64,000 nt of DNA from Nageia nagi (GCA_050084985.1 JBITNC010000001.1:58652001-58716000), one strand, 5' to 3'; shown: positions 1 through 14,919, numbered from the stretch's first letter. The notes: generated from the sequence alone by a model not told the origin. Program-made: numbers and translations.

Positions 1-2246
1 GCAGGAAAGCATGTTGTTGATGGCCTTCCATAAATAGAATTTTGGGACATCCCAAATCTTTAATGGATGCAAATAAATTCACATTCTCAATTCTATATGT
101 ACCCATTTTATTTCTGTAATCTAAGTCCATGTTTTTGAAATTATCCCCAACGCACTTTTTTCCAAGGGTTGAATCTCATATCTTGGACAAGTTATTATGA
201 ATTCCTCAAAATATACTACATTACAAAAAGCATATGGATCTAGATCATCCAACACTATATGGACCTAAACCTAAAATTCAAATTTTAATCTTCCATGTAC
301 TGTAGATGGATTGTATCCATATCATGAAGCCAAGGTCTTCCCAATAACAAATTATATGATAACTTGGAATCAACAACCTAAAATTTAGCTACAATTTTTC
401 TTACTCCTATATTTACCATGATTGTGGCTATCCCAACCAGTTTTTTAGATGAGATATCATATGCCCTAATTTTGAATGTAGCTTCTTCTAGTGGAGGGAT
501 TTCTACAACTTTCTCTTTGATTTGAATCAAAAACTTATGAGAGCATACATTAATAGTTGATCTATTATCTACCAATGTTATTTTTATTTCTCATACATCA
601 ATCATAGGTGTGATATATAAAGTTAAACACTCATCAAGTAACTCTTTATTAAACTTTTCATATTTGTAAAAAGAGATGGCATCACATTCCTTAATTAATC
701 TAAGATTTTCAAAGAACATAGCAATAGACATATCTATAGGGACTACCTCCTTTTTTAAAAAGCATATAATATCTCCCTATTTGTTTCATATGTGGATATA
801 ATATTATATAAGCTAATCTTTTTAGAAGTAGTTTTTAATTGCTTAATCATACTATATGTCTTTGGATCAGGTGGGATACTTAGTTATTCTGTAGTAACAG
901 GATTGGGAGCATGCCTTGGATGCCCTCTTCTTAACCTGACATAAACTACTTTATCCATTGAAATTGTATTTATTGTAATTCCTTAATTTGCATCTAATTA
1001 GTCAATTTGATACTTTCCTGAGCAATAAGATCCAATATAGCTACTTCTAATGCCTTGCAAAAAATTGTAGCATGACCCTTCCTTTGATGGAATGTGCAAT
1101 AAGCATCTAATTTCTCCATGGGAACATTATCATCTTGGGCTAATTGAAACACTAAGCAAATTATATAACCACTAACTAGCATCACCTTTCAAACTCCTTG
1201 GGAAGGATTTTCCCATCAACTTATCCTTTGATCCTAATTTCAACAAGCACTCCTCTTGAAAGCTAATAAGATGTTGTTATGTGTCTTGTTCGCCAGTAAA
1301 CATCTCGAACTTGGGGGCCTTATGCTCGAGTGGTAAGGAAAAATTATGAATCTCTTTAGACAAGGATGATATGAAAACACCATCATAATCCTCTTCATGT
1401 TGTTATGATCTCTTACTATTCTTAATATTGGTAAGTCATGTAGTTATGACGGGATTTAGCACTACGAGCGAGCTACCTATGCTAGGAAATGTATAAATTT
1501 ATGCCTTTGATGGTCCAAAAATAGCTAAACACATTGTTTATGGCATGGATTTGTTACATAATTTGCATGAGATCTCATTAGGAGGGAAAGATAAATCAAA
1601 TAGATGGGTTCACCAAAATGTATACCCAAAATAATGCATAAATCGATGCATTATTTATCTACAATATTTAATTAAAGCATATATCATATATATGGCATCA
1701 AATGAATAATGATAAATAATGTAACTTCATCATAATCATACAAACATGAAATAACATAGACCATTATTCAAGCATCACATGGCATTCACAAAGATACAAG
1801 TTGTCAATGGCCCAAAGATACCATGTCATTGGCTACATAGAATAAGTAGATTGATGAATGGAATAAAAGGTATGTGAGAGCAAGTCAAAGGGTTTAACAT
1901 ATCTATGTAGAGGTGGTGTGATAAAACATCATTATGGGTAGGATAGAGTGATCTTGTATTTTTTTAAGTCTCTCATGGTGTTTTTGATACCCTTACATGA
2001 TATCTCTTGTGTTGCCTTTGATTTGTCTTTATAGCAATCTCCTGATCTTCTTTGATTCTTAAGATCATTGCACATTACATGATTTGAGGTGTCTTTATTG
2101 ATATTTGACACCTTCTACATTGTACAATGGTCCATTACATTTATTACATTGCTTTAGGTATATTTTAACCTCTTTTTACAATAAATATCATTGATGCTAT
2201 AAAATGAATTATTTAATAAATAATAATTCATTTTTAGGCATCTACA
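1..2246 (-). mobile_element. Ty3/gypsy Tat-lineage LTR retrotransposon, 5' part (LTR, PBS, decayed gag and protease); continues off the left edge
   Basis: LTR 1619-2246 with TGTA...TACA ends. Minus-strand PBS TGGTGAACCC at 1606-1615. Gag Cys-His motif YCTFHQRKGH in ORF 994-1185; protease-like VDNRSTINVCS in ORF 378-575. Similar throughout to the element at 2247-8847. Confidence 0.85.
1619..2246 (-). repeat. 5' LTR (628 bp) of Tat element 1
   Basis: TGTA...TACA ends; diverged direct repeat of 8215-8847; PBS immediately internal. Confidence 0.85.
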
Positions 2247-5200
2247 GTCACTGTATTATTGATGTTCTCCTTTAGGAATCTCCTACTTGGAATGCTTTTA
2301 GCTTGATATTTTTCTCAAATTATCTTTTTAACTTTATGTTATATGCTTTCTAATTTTCAATAGCATATATCATTTTTTCATCAAGTGATTGTAACTATTG
2401 CAATCTAGCCTTCCTTGCTTCTTCATTTGATATATCTCCTTGTAGTGAGATTCTCAAAGATGTTATCTCTAACTCAATTCATACAACAACCTCATCAACA
2501 TGAAACAATAAAAATGGAATTGCCCCAGTAGAAGTTCTAACTCTTGTTCTATATGCCCAAAGTATATAAGCTAATTTCTCATGACAATCTCTTTTGTATC
2601 TATAACATGTTTTTGATAAAATACTTTTGATTGTCTTATTTTATGCTTAATATTAACCATTTACTTGAGGATAATAAACATAAGAAAAATTTTGAGTAAT
2701 ATGAAACTTATTGAAAAATACTTTCATGTTCTTACCTTTAAAATTAGGCTCATTATCCATGATTAATTGTTGTGGAACATTAAACTTTGTGATGATGTTT
2801 TCAACTAGGAACTTGATAAGCTTTTCTTATTTTACTAATTTTATTAGTGCATCTTCTAACCATTTGATAATATATTATGTGGATATAATTATGACTTTAT
2901 TACCATATCTTGATTAAGGATTTATAAGCCAATTAAATCAATGGCCCAAATTTTAAAAGACCATGATGAAATAATTGGATTTAGTTCTTGTGTTGGTGTC
3001 ATCTCTAATTTGGAGTGCTTTTGACATTGAAGGCAATTTTTTACATGAATATTATAATATTATTCCATGGATAGCATATAGTATCCCTTACATAAGAGCT
3101 TAATGTATAATGATTTTACAAGGAAATTCCCCCCACATAGACCTTCATGTGCTTGATCAAGTGTTGTTGTAGTTTCATGATTTTTGACACATCTTAAAAG
3201 AGCTCCATCAAATGATCTCCTATACAATACTTCATCGATATGACACATTTGATTGCTATAATTTTTAACCTTATTTTCATTTCTATCAAAATAATGTAGA
3301 AATATTTGATCTTATAAGTATTGATAAATGTCAACATACCATGATGGACTAGTTTCTGCTTGTGTAACACAACATATGTCTATATCACTATCACTATCCA
3401 CATAATATGGTGTATTCATATGCATGATTTTCAAAATTGTTTCTTCATATTGTATGTCAATTAGAGCCAAAGATGCAACACTTTCCATTACATTTGCATA
3501 TTTCTTATTTTTTCTTGGAATATTTTCAATAGTGTAACAGTCAAATTGATGAAGAAGCTCCATAACCACTAACTTGTATGGGCATAATTTCTCATATTTT
3601 ATATTATATATGTTATTAACTTGATTAATAACAAGTTTTGAATCAACATATATCTACAAACCTTTTATTTTTAGAATAAAATCAACTTTCAAACCCATGA
3701 GAAATGCTTCATATTCTACCATATTTTTAGTAAACTTAAATCTAAGCTTATATGCCATAAGAATAATATCATTTGAAGTTGAAACCAATATAATACCTAC
3801 CCTTACTCTATATGTGCATTTTTAACCATCAAAATATAATGTACATGCCTTGAGTTCATCTTATGTAAAGCACACAAACGCATATAGTATATTGCATTGG
3901 TCTTCATAATGGAATGTGTTCTCTCCTCCATGATTTCCATGTTGTAAAGGCATATAGTATTGATCATAGTCATATGGGAATTCCTTATAGATAATAACTC
4001 CATCATTCTAGGAAAACTCTACAATGAGATCTGCAATCGCTTATCCTTTTACATATTTTTGCTTTACCATATTTATATCAAATTCTTACAACAACATTAA
4101 CCATTTGGATACCCTTCTTGATACAAGCTTCTTAGATTGAGGTATTTAAGTGGATTTGTAGGACTTAAAATATATGTAATGTAGTATAAAAGATCATTCA
4201 TCAATTTTTTCAATAGCAAATACAATACCAAAGAAACAGTTTTCCATTGGAGTGTACCTTATGTCATATTATAAGACATCTTGCTGAGGTAGTAGATGAC
4301 TCTTTCTTTCATCTCATCATCTTACTAATACAACATTTCCCGCATGGCGTATAATGTGGTTGATATATATAAGACATCCTACCTTACTAAAATACATAGG
4401 AAGCAAGATGGTAGGATTGAGTAGGTATTTCTTAATATCTTCAAATGCCTTCTGGCACTTATCATCCCATATCAATTTCAATCCTTTTTCAACAAATGAG
4501 TAAATGGCATTTATCACCATGTTGAGAAATGAATCTTATTACTAAATTTATCTTACCTTATAGTCTTCTTAACTATTTACTATTTTTAGGAGGTGGCATG
4601 CTAATAATGGATTTTACCTTTTTGGGATCCACTTCAATTTCTCTTTTAGAAACCATGAAGCCTAACAATTTTCTTGAAGTAACACCAAAAGCACATTTTT
4701 GATGTTTTAATCTAAGCTTATACCTTTTAAGAATGCCAAATACCCTTCTAGAAGCTACAAATGATCCTACCCTTGCTTTGATTTGACCAAGATGTCATCA
4801 ACATACACTTCAACTAATTTGTAATAAGCTCATGAAACTTAGTAACCATTGCATGTTAATAAGTTGCTCCTACATATTTTAGTCCGAAAGGAATAACTTT
4901 CCAACAAAAATTACTCATGGTGTAGTAAAATTTGTCTTATGTTGATCAGTCAAATTGATTAGAATTTGATTATATCTTTAGAATCCATCCATAAAAGAAA
5001 AAGTATCATGACTAGTAATACTATCCACTATAATATCAATGTTTGGAAATACGAAATCATCTTTTGGTCAATCATTATTAATATCTCTAAAATCAATACA
5101 AATTCATATCTCTCTAATAGGTTTAGTAACAAGAACAATATTAACCATCCATTATGAATAATATATTGGCCTAATGAAACTTGCATTCAAGTATTTCTCA

Positions 5201-8200
5201 ATATCTTTCTTGACTAACAATTCCTTAGAAGGATGCATCTTTCATATTGTTTACTTAACATGTTTTTCTCTTTTTTTGAGTGGCAAACTATGCATGACAA
5301 AATATGTATCTAAATCAAGCATATCAGAATAAGACCATGCAAAGTTCTTGTTGCATTAAATAAATTGATTTTTGTACCTATTTTGTTGTTGTGTAGGAAG
5401 AGAAACTCCGATCTTTATTATCCTTTCTTTATCACTTGTGATAATATTGGAATCAACTAGTTATTCAAAATAAAAAGCCAAATCATATTTCTTTTGCAAT
5501 AAATAAGGTAACTCCTCTAATCCAAGAACATCGTGAACTTCATCCTCTTCATCATCAACCTATTGTACTTGAAGAAACTCATTAAAATTTACCTCTTTTC
5601 CAAAATAAGCATGTTGACTAAGGACATAATTTGGTTTCCTTTTTATATTTGATTAGGGAAACTCAGAATGTGCCCCCATGTATTCTAGCATATCATCATA
5701 AATAGCAATATAATCAAACCCAAGAGTTATAGTATCATAATTCCATAAATGTTCATCAATATCATCACATAACTCTATTATAGTACATTCTAGAATAAAA
5801 AATATAATTCCTAAATTTTTCTTAGTGTTTTGATCACTAAACATCCTTTTTTTTATCTTTTTGAGCTCTTAAATTAGTAGGAAAAGAAGGCATCCCTTGT
5901 TTTGACTTTCCTCATTCTCCTTCTTTATAATTTCTATTTTGGATCATGTAATTTTTTGGAAAAGGAGATATAAAAATAGCACAAGTATTACCAAATTATT
6001 TTTCATAGTTTCATCCTTTTTGGATCAGAAGTAGGATACAGAGCACTACATAGCAAGAATCACATGAATTTCCTTCATTCTCACAATATGGGAACCCCTA
6101 AACATAGCATGGATGCTACTCAAACTATAATATTTTTTATCATCGAAGTTTTTTTATGAAATCTAATAGATATAAGTTATGAATTCTATATGTTCCCATG
6201 TTTGAAACTATAATCAAAATCTCTATATCTATCTTGATTAATGCCAACTAAATTTCTCTTAGAGTGACATCAAACAAGTTAGCATGATACATAAATAATC
6301 CTTCAATATCTAAACTTGCTAAGCTACTTAGTGCATAAGGCTCAAGATACCCAAGTACTATATGTATATGTCCTTCATATTTGAATTTCAAATGACCATG
6401 CATTATAGAAGGTATTGCATCCATATCATGAAGCCAACGTCTCCCTTGTAGAAAATTGTAAGAAAGTTTACCACTCATAACATGAAAATGAGTTTCAATA
6501 GCTCATGTGCCTAGTATGACTTGAAGGGAAATTAAACCAAGAGGTATTTTGGATGAACTATCAAATTCTCTAATACAAAAGGTTGGTTCATACATGGATG
6601 GAATTTGGATATCATTATTTTGAATATCCTATAAAACCTTTTGAGAACAAACATTCTAAGCTAACCTGACATCTACCAATGATTTTTTGATTTCCCAACC
6701 ATGTATCATAGGTGTTATGAAAAGGGATATACATTCAGAAATGATATGTTTATAAAGTTTTTCATATTTAAAAAAGATGATTGTATCTTTTTCTTAAAGG
6801 GGTTGAATTTGTTTCAAAAAATGAAGCAAAAAATATGTTTGTAGGGATCTTTTCTTTTTTGAACAATTCATATAGTATATCTTTATATATTTTTGATGTA
6901 CTAATGAGGTCATATAAAATAATTTTTGTAGGAGTAGTTTTTTAATTATTCTATCATACTATAAGATTTAGGATGTGATGGAAGACTTAGTTGTTCATTA
7001 GTGATTGGATTTTGGATAGACCTTGGATGGCCACTAAGAATTGCAACAAAAATTTCTTCATCCACTGATATGGTGTTAACCTCTTAAGGTTTAGAAGGGG
7101 AATCATACTCTTTTACCTCATACTTCCCTTATGAAATCAAATCTAAGATAGTATCTTCTAAAGGCCTACATTTATTTTTGGTGTGTCCTCTTCTTTGATG
7201 ATAGGTGCAGTAAGACTCCATCTTATCAGATGATACACTATCATCTTGAGCCTTTCTATCCATTAGTTAGGTTAGGTGTTTTTGCCATATTCATATTCTT
7301 TTCCTCCTTATTAGCATAAGGTTTGCGATTATATTTTTTGTATGAAGTAGATGCATATTTATTATCCCAATCTTAATAAAAGCTTTTTCTTATGCTAGAA
7401 CTCTTTTATCATTATTATAAATCCCAATTTAGTATAATCAAGTGCATGCTACTTAATAAATGGAAGGATAAAATTAGGAAAAATAACATAAATTTTAATT
7501 TCATCTAATTTACTATGAATATACTGCCATACCTTTTTGAATGTCAAAATGTATTTTTCTAATACCTTATTGGACCCTTTGCCAAAGGTAAATAATTTTA
7601 TAATGGTACACTACTCCTTGATGTTATGTTTATACTTATTTATGAATGCCTTTATCAGTGATTTGAATGAACCAATTGATCTTGAAGGTAAGTCATAAAA
7701 CCATTAGCTAGCATCATCCTTTAAACTCCTTGGGAATAATTTGGTCATCAATTTCTATTCATATCCCAATTTCAACAAACACTCCTCATGAAAGCTTACA
7801 AGATGTTATTTTGGGTCCTAATCACATTGAATATCTTGAACTTAGGGGACTTGAGGTCAATTGGTAGGGGAAGTTTGTGGATATCTTTTGATAAGGGTGA
7901 AGTGAAGGCACCATCATAGTATTCCTATTTCTGTAGGGATCCATGATCATTTTCAATCTTTGAAAATCTTATAGCTAGGTCAACATCTAATGAATCATGA
8001 TTCATACTAGTAGAATTTTGAGGCATGTGTGTATTAAAAGCTTCTTTGAATATTTTTAGGAATATTTCTTTAATTTGATCTGTATCCATTTTTTATGACA
8101 TTAGTGAATTTAAGATATGCATATCACGATGTCAGTAGTATGGAATCTATTATATAATTGTGCAAGATATTGGTCAGAAGGGCAAGGTGATTCAAAATTA

Positions 8201-8847
8201 TGGTTTCACCAAAATGTAGATGAAAAATAATGGTATTACAATAAAATAAAGCATTATTTCTCTGCAATATACTTATTGAAGTATAAATGAAGATATGTGT
8301 GTGGTTATTATATGATCAAACACTTCTCTTCATCATATTCAAGAATTCATATCACAAACAAGTTTTTTAGGTAGATTGGCATATTATGATTATGGAACCA
8401 TGATCCGGGTGCTATGAAATCAGCCTTTGCACAACATCGACATCATGAAAGATGCAAGATATGATGCTAAAATTAAACAATACAAAGCATAACAAAGAGT
8501 AAGTAACAAATACTCAATTAGGTGGTGTTACAAAATATCATTATTGTTCAGATGATGTGATGCTCATGTATCAACTTATCTAATATTCAATTATTTGATA
8601 GGGAATCCTTTGCTTTTCATTTTCTTTTAAAGTAATGTATTGATCTTATTTTTTTCTTGAAATATTCATGTATTACATAACTTATGGTTCCTTTATTGAT
8701 ATTTTACACGACTTACATCATTTGGTGGTCCTTTTACATTAATTACATCAATTAAGGTGTATTTTAATCATTTTTTATAATAATATCTATTGATGCCATA
8801 AAAAATAGATTATTTAATAAACAAGAATCCATTTTTAGGAATCTACA
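2247..8847 (-). mobile_element. Ty3/gypsy Tat-lineage LTR retrotransposon with decayed gag-PR-RT-RH-aRH-INT, interrupted at 2247 by element 1
   Basis: 5' LTR 8215-8847 and PBS TGGTGAAACC at 8202-8211. Gag WFYDLP at ~7690; RT EVYVDDILVKS at ~4780-4812; additional RNase H (EYEAFLMGL...DSKLVINQV...IPRKNKKYAN) at ~3450-3860; integrase HEGLCG at ~3130 and LWAYRT at ~2550. Many stops and frameshifts. Confidence 0.9.
8215..8847 (-). repeat. 5' LTR (633 bp) of Tat element 2
   Basis: TGTAGA...TCTACA termini; homologous to 1619-2246; followed by PBS and gag. Confidence 0.85.
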
Positions 8848-8929
8848 AGCTCGCTCTTGTAGGAGTGTATGGGTGACTGATCAATCCTTACACACTCTCT
8901 TTACACTCTTCAACATATCTTTCACTCCT

Positions 8930-9500
8930 ACAAAATTGCATCAAAAACTCTACCCTTTGAAAGGACTAGCTCTATTATTGTATCATCAATCACATTAGAC
9001 TTAATTTTTGGTCATTCATGAACAATGTTTTCAAGATTAAATTATCCACATAAATTGAAGAATCTTGGTAGATAACTTGAATTTTTTGGCTATATGACAA
9101 AGTGAAATATTAGCTCATGAAATAAGATATATTTAGGTTACTAAGGATATCAATTCCCTTGACAAACTTCTCTCCACTCCTACATTTTGCATATGCATGT
9201 CTAAGACCTTCACAACCACCATATGTAACAAAAATCAATTTTTAAATAATTCTTGATGTATGTCTAAAAACTATTGCAAATATTCCAATTGATTTCACAC
9301 TTTGAGGATGTTAGAAATGGTATTGACCACCTTTTAACAAACTGTATGCACCTTCTCTATGTTTTTACATTTTTATAGAAAAAGGCCCTATTGACATAAT
9401 TCCACTAGTTGATGCATTGTATGAACATGATGCTTAATGTTTTTCCATTACAGTTGATGGAGGTGATGGACTAGGTGAAAGAGTAGGTGGAAATTATGGC
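8930..9500 (-). pseudogene. Decayed PLS-class PPR gene fragment
   Basis: Minus-strand translation across frameshifts gives TISNILKV*NQLEYLQ*FLDIHQELFK..FLLHMVVVKVLDM..YAKCRSGEK, matching the PPR L/S consensus (TF.SILKAC..LG.LQ.G.DIH..I.K.GF.SDVVV.NAL.DMYAKCGS.EKA). Confidence 0.6.
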
Positions 9501-10112
9501 AGCATGGAAGCCTAACATGACAGGAAAGATGCATGTGTTGAAAAATGTTGGTTTAGGTGAAGGAAAATATTGATCAGTGAAATATGTTTAACCATAGGGC
9601 CATTTTTGTAATTTACATTTTTAGAGGTTCATTTTAGTAAATATTAGAATTGTGAGGGTCATTCAATAATTTCCCCAAATTTTAATTAAAATACATCCAT
9701 ACTTCTTTAAACACAGATAGAGACTAGTATTTAAGGGGAAGGATACTAATACTCAAATGATCTCCTTCCTAATCAAAACTCAATATATTTTGATATCTCC
9801 TCTCACTATTTCTATTCATTCAATCTATTAAAGGAATATAAATATTCCTCATGAAGGAAGAATATCTCATTTTCATAATCTAATAATATAATAAAATACA
9901 ATAATTCTATTATATTCCTCCTTTTACTATTCTTACATTTTTCCCATATCAAATATCAATTTGAGAAATTAAATATCAATTTTTAATAATTCCTATCCAT
10001 TTAAATTAAGGAATGTAATTTAATTCTAAATAAATATATATAGTTATTAAATAAAATAAACCATTAAATTTAAATTACATAAACATTAAAATCTACTATT
10101 AAAAAACCAAAC

Positions 10113-10301
10113 CAACCCTATCAGCTAAGGTGGTATTGCTAGCCAATAGCCATTTCACAACTCATACATGCACAATTTATTTATAGATCATATACATTTA
10201 AATATAAAGCAACCAATCATCTAAAAAACATAAATAAATTATGTATGTACAAGTTGTGGAATGGTTATTGGCTAGCAATTCCACCTTAGCTAATAGGGTT
10301 G
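10113..10301. repeat. 72-bp-arm inverted repeat (hairpin) with 45-nt loop
   Basis: 10113-10184 is the reverse complement of 10230-10301 with 8 mismatches, 7 of them transitions. Confidence 0.95.
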
Positions 10302-11889
10302 AGGTAGTTATGGCCAAGCCAAGTCATAACAAAATGTTATTATGGAGTATGCATGTCTTACCAACATGTTGCATAGGGTATTCCTTGCACAAGGAACACC
10401 AAACATGCAAGCAAAAATGACACAAATAAGGCATATGATCAATGCTACAAGTAATATAGGAAGAAGCATGACCTACTATAAATCAATTTGCCACTAGGAT
10501 ATGCATAGGTCACCTATAGGTGACTGCCACAGTTGTGCACCAAAAGAAGAAAGACATAATGGAGAAAAATCAACAACTAACTACCATTCAACAAATTGAG
10601 ATGCAAACCAAAATATAGTCTTCTACATTCACTTGATCATGGCTTAACAAACAAAGTGAAATAATCTGACATTGAGATAGGTAGAGGACTAAGATCCTTT
10701 CCATTCAAATACAAAGTAGATAAATACAACCATTAAAAGATAGTAAATAAGTTCCAAAAGATCAAATAAAGCTATGAGAAAAGAATATTGAGCACATACA
10801 AACTAAAAAATTTAAGCCTTTAAAGCTACAAAGAAAATTATTCAATCTTCTAACATTCCTTAAGCTTTCTACACCAATCAAAAAACAAAGTAACTCAAAA
10901 AATTTTGAGTAATGTTAAGATCTCAAAGATAAAATAAAAATATCTTATTATATTGTAGTGATAAAAGAAAATAATCTTATTATAAAAATATCATTAATTC
11001 AAAACTTAAACATCCAACCTATCCATATAAGATTATTAATTTAATTACAACTTGATCCATGAATTATTAAATCAAAATAACCAAAACAAGCTTGAAAAAA
11101 TTATTATACAACTTAACTATATGAGAAGAAATCAATTAATTACTTAATTGATATTTATTTATTTATTTCAAGCCAAACTTTGATAGGTCCTACAAACCAA
11201 TGGGTTTAAAAGGAAGTTAAAATAATTATCTACTCATCTATTATTCAAAAGATTTAGCAAAGAAAATCTATAAAAATAAAAGATCATGTATATTATTGAA
11301 CTCAAGTTGTTGATACTAAAAATTGATTTTACTCAATTAATTAATATCAATTATAATAAATAAAGATTGTAATTAAAATTATAGTCGAATTGTAATAATA
11401 CCTAATGCTTCTATGCTCCCACCCTAATCAAATCTAAATTTAAATGAACTACAAACATATCATTTATCTATTATGAATAGATCATAAGCCATATTTGAGT
11501 ACAATGTGATCAAGAAGACTTACTCCCAAAGTAATCAAGCCTTTAAACTTATATTTTTCGTCAAGCCCTCCTACTAATACTATCAAATCTACACTACAAT
11601 ATCATAAAGAAAGAATGCAATAATCAATGATAGTGCAAATCTATACTTGATAGGTGGTATCAAGAGGCACAAAGAATAGAATGCAATATATTCTCTATCA
11701 ATATCTAGATATGATCAATGCCACATCCTTTCTTTTATATATGAATTTCTACCATTGGGATAAGAATTTAATTACATCGATACTTAAAATATGATTTTTA
11801 ATTAAATATAAATTGATTTTAGGTATTAACATAAGTAATGAGATAAACATATGTTGAGACCTAATTTGGATACCAAATACCCAAAAGTA

Positions 11890-13500
11890 GTTGTTTCATC
11901 CACCAACACCTTTCACTTACTAATGGGAGAGTGCACAGTGACCCTAAAGGACATCTAGTGGATTTTGAGGATAGCGATCAAGGGGACCCCATGATTGGGT
12001 TACCAAATGAGGGTGGGAGAGAGGTAGAATGGATCTAGATATTGGACCAACACTATCACTATCTATGATAGAGGGAGGTGGCTTCAACTATGAGCATCCA
12101 TACAAACATGGGCTCATAGAATTTGTGACATGCTTCATGATGATTGTGATTACATTCTTCATACTACCAGATGCTTTTGGGTGTAGGTTCCCTTATAATA
12201 TTTGCAACGTATTATGCGATATCCATAAGGATGCTACAATTTTTGCATGGAACTCAACATTTTTGGTACAATTGTACCATAAGTTCTAGGCGATGAGGAT
12301 GGGAGTATATAGTTATTATGCAACCTATGGGTTTGACATTTTACATACATGCATAGGATGCAATGACCTTTAAGGAGTTGAGCAACAAGATACCCTACAT
12401 GATGCATTGGGAGTATCATCATGAGCTAAGGAGTGGGCGACTTAGAAGAGGTTAGGTGTCACACTTCATAAAGGTCTTTAGGATATTTTTCCAAGGTGAC
12501 ATGATCTAGAGACCATATAGAAGAGGTCCTAATTGGGAGAGGATAGAACACAACTAGATCATATTACATGAGCGAGGTGGATTAGAAGCCATCGAGATGA
12601 GGTCGAGTATATTGAATATCATAGGGTGATCTGATAGTTTAGATAGGTTTAGGATATACCTTGTAACTTATGGGTTTACAATAGGATGAATGGTAGAGTC
12701 AAGAGACCCCATTTGTAGTACCAGAGACCTATGAGGATGCAAATAGTGATGATGAGGTCATCAAAGACCATGATGATGTAGGCATGATAGAGAGATACAA
12801 CAAATGGTGCCTATAGAGGAAGAGGATGAGGGTGAGCTTATAGAGGTAGATGAGATGCAGATGGAGTTCCCCCTAAAGAGACAAAGGAGGCCCAGTAAAG
12901 GTCCCCCTAGTAGTAGTTGCCAAGCTAGTCCCAATGGTAGTAGAAGATGATCAGAGGTTAGAGGCAATAGAGCACCAGCTCATTGAGAGCTAGTGTAGTC
13001 TAGAGTAGAGCCACTTATGAGAGCAAGAGAGTAGACTATGAGGATTGAGATCCACTAGAGGCTAAGGCTATGGAGTACCAAGATTAGGAGTGTTGACTAT
13101 GGGGACCAAGCTCCTTTAAAGGATATAGGATATGGAGCAATGAGATCAGGAGCTCTGCTAGAGGCTAGAGATTAATGATCAAAGAGAGGTTGAACTCCAA
13201 AAATGAGTGTAGGAGGGCCAACCAAGAGATATTGGGCTCCAAAAAGGGAGAAGGACTTGACATAGACCATTTCTAGCCTAAGTCAATGGTTGGACAGCTT
13301 GAGCAGCAGATGATGGTATATGATATGGATTTTACGAGGAGATTGATCCCTTTACCAAAATTTGAGAATTTCGTAAATACAAAGCAAAATACATAAATCA
13401 TAGGGTGTATCCAGAAGTTTGCATGTGATGAATTCATTGCATGCCACCTCTCATACACATGACATGGGTATACACATAGGTACAAGGATCCAGGATCCAT
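11890..13500 (+). pseudogene. Decayed Plant Mobile Domain (PMD) ORF, TE-associated
   Basis: SSTNTFHLLMGECTVTLKDI*WILRIAIKG at 11896-11985 matches the PMD hallmark TxTFHLPxGExTxTLxDV. FAWNSTFLVQLY at ~12240 matches the YAWGxAxLAxLY-like motif. Acidic and helical tail follows; many stops. Confidence 0.8.
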
Positions 13501-14919
13501 CCCATTCTATAGTGAGGCATCTTGAGAGATCACCATCATCCTCTAGACATATATGAGGATGGATGGTAGCTATGAGACACACTTTTTTGTAGTTATAGGG
13601 TACATAGGTTATATAGGACACATGATATGGGTGAATGTTGCTAGGTGATATTTTTGTACTATGCACTCAAGATTATTATGTACTTTTTATTGGCTTTGGT
13701 AATGCTTATATATATGCAATGGGTTTATTATATGATTCATTTTTAAATTATGTTGGATGACCCTAAGAAAATCCAATCTATGAAGAATAATCACTACTTG
13801 GGCATTTAAAAAAAACTTAAGGGTTTCTTGGGACTTACTAGTTATTGTAGGAAACTCATTAAGGATTATTGGAGAGTTATAACACCCTTAACAATAGTAA
13901 CCAAGAAATATACCTTATGTAGTCAAAAATAATCATGGCAATTTTTAACAATCTAAAATAAGTTGTTACTTTCAAACTAGTTCTAATCATCCCATTCTTC
14001 AACAAATTCTTTTTGATATAGTAATATGCATTAATAAATGGAAATGATGTTGTATTGATGTAAGATGACCATCCTTAGTATTTAAAATTAATTAACTATC
14101 AAGAAAATACTTGGAAAAAATTACATATGCGAAGGAAATGATAGTTATTTTACATACATTTCAAAAATGAAGATCTTATTCAATGAAAAGATGACTTATA
14201 CTCAAAATATACAATAGTAGATAAAAATACTTATTGAATAACATCTCTATTTTATGGAGCAAAAAACTTTAAGATCCAATAAAAAAAAGAATCTTATAAT
14301 AGATGTACTATTACAAAAAATGAAGAATAGGGATTTCTATATGCCATATTATCCTGAGCACCAATATGGATATAACAACTTTAAAATGAATATAAATAAA
14401 AACCAACTATAGAAAATATCATTTACCAACTAATTTATAAATGTAAAAAACCTTAAGGGTTTGAATGTAAAAATGAGATCTTAAAATTCTAGAATAATAT
14501 CTTTATTGGGAAAATCTCTTAATGTAATGAATTTGTTCTTCACAAGTTACACATTTCTCCATGAATAGGAAATTCAATATTCTTTAAAATTTATCATAGA
14601 GTGTTGCAAATAATTTTTTCTAATGGACCAAAAACAATGTAAAGAATTTTATAGAAGTATGTGAGATATACGAAACAAACAAATGAGAAATAACAAAAAT
14701 ACATAGATTATTTTAATCTTTATTAATTTTAGATAAGTAATGGTTTGATATTTCAATGGATTTTATTAAAGGATTAACAATGTAAGAAGGAAACATGATA
14801 ATATTTATTATAGTTAATATGCTATCTAAATATGCTAATTTTCTTGCACTTAAAAACCCCTTCATAATAGCTAATGTGGGAAGTTGTTTGTAAACCAACT
14901 CTTTTGTTTGGATGGTATA

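Noticed and set aside
1619-8847. A single intact element bounded by the two similar LTRs
   Set aside because: Both LTRs are followed by a PBS and gag, and there is no PPT or shared TSD.
11655-11666. PBS-like TGGTATCAAGAG implying an LTR at ~10-11.65 kb
   Set aside because: No partner LTR, clear terminus or gag found; left uncalled.
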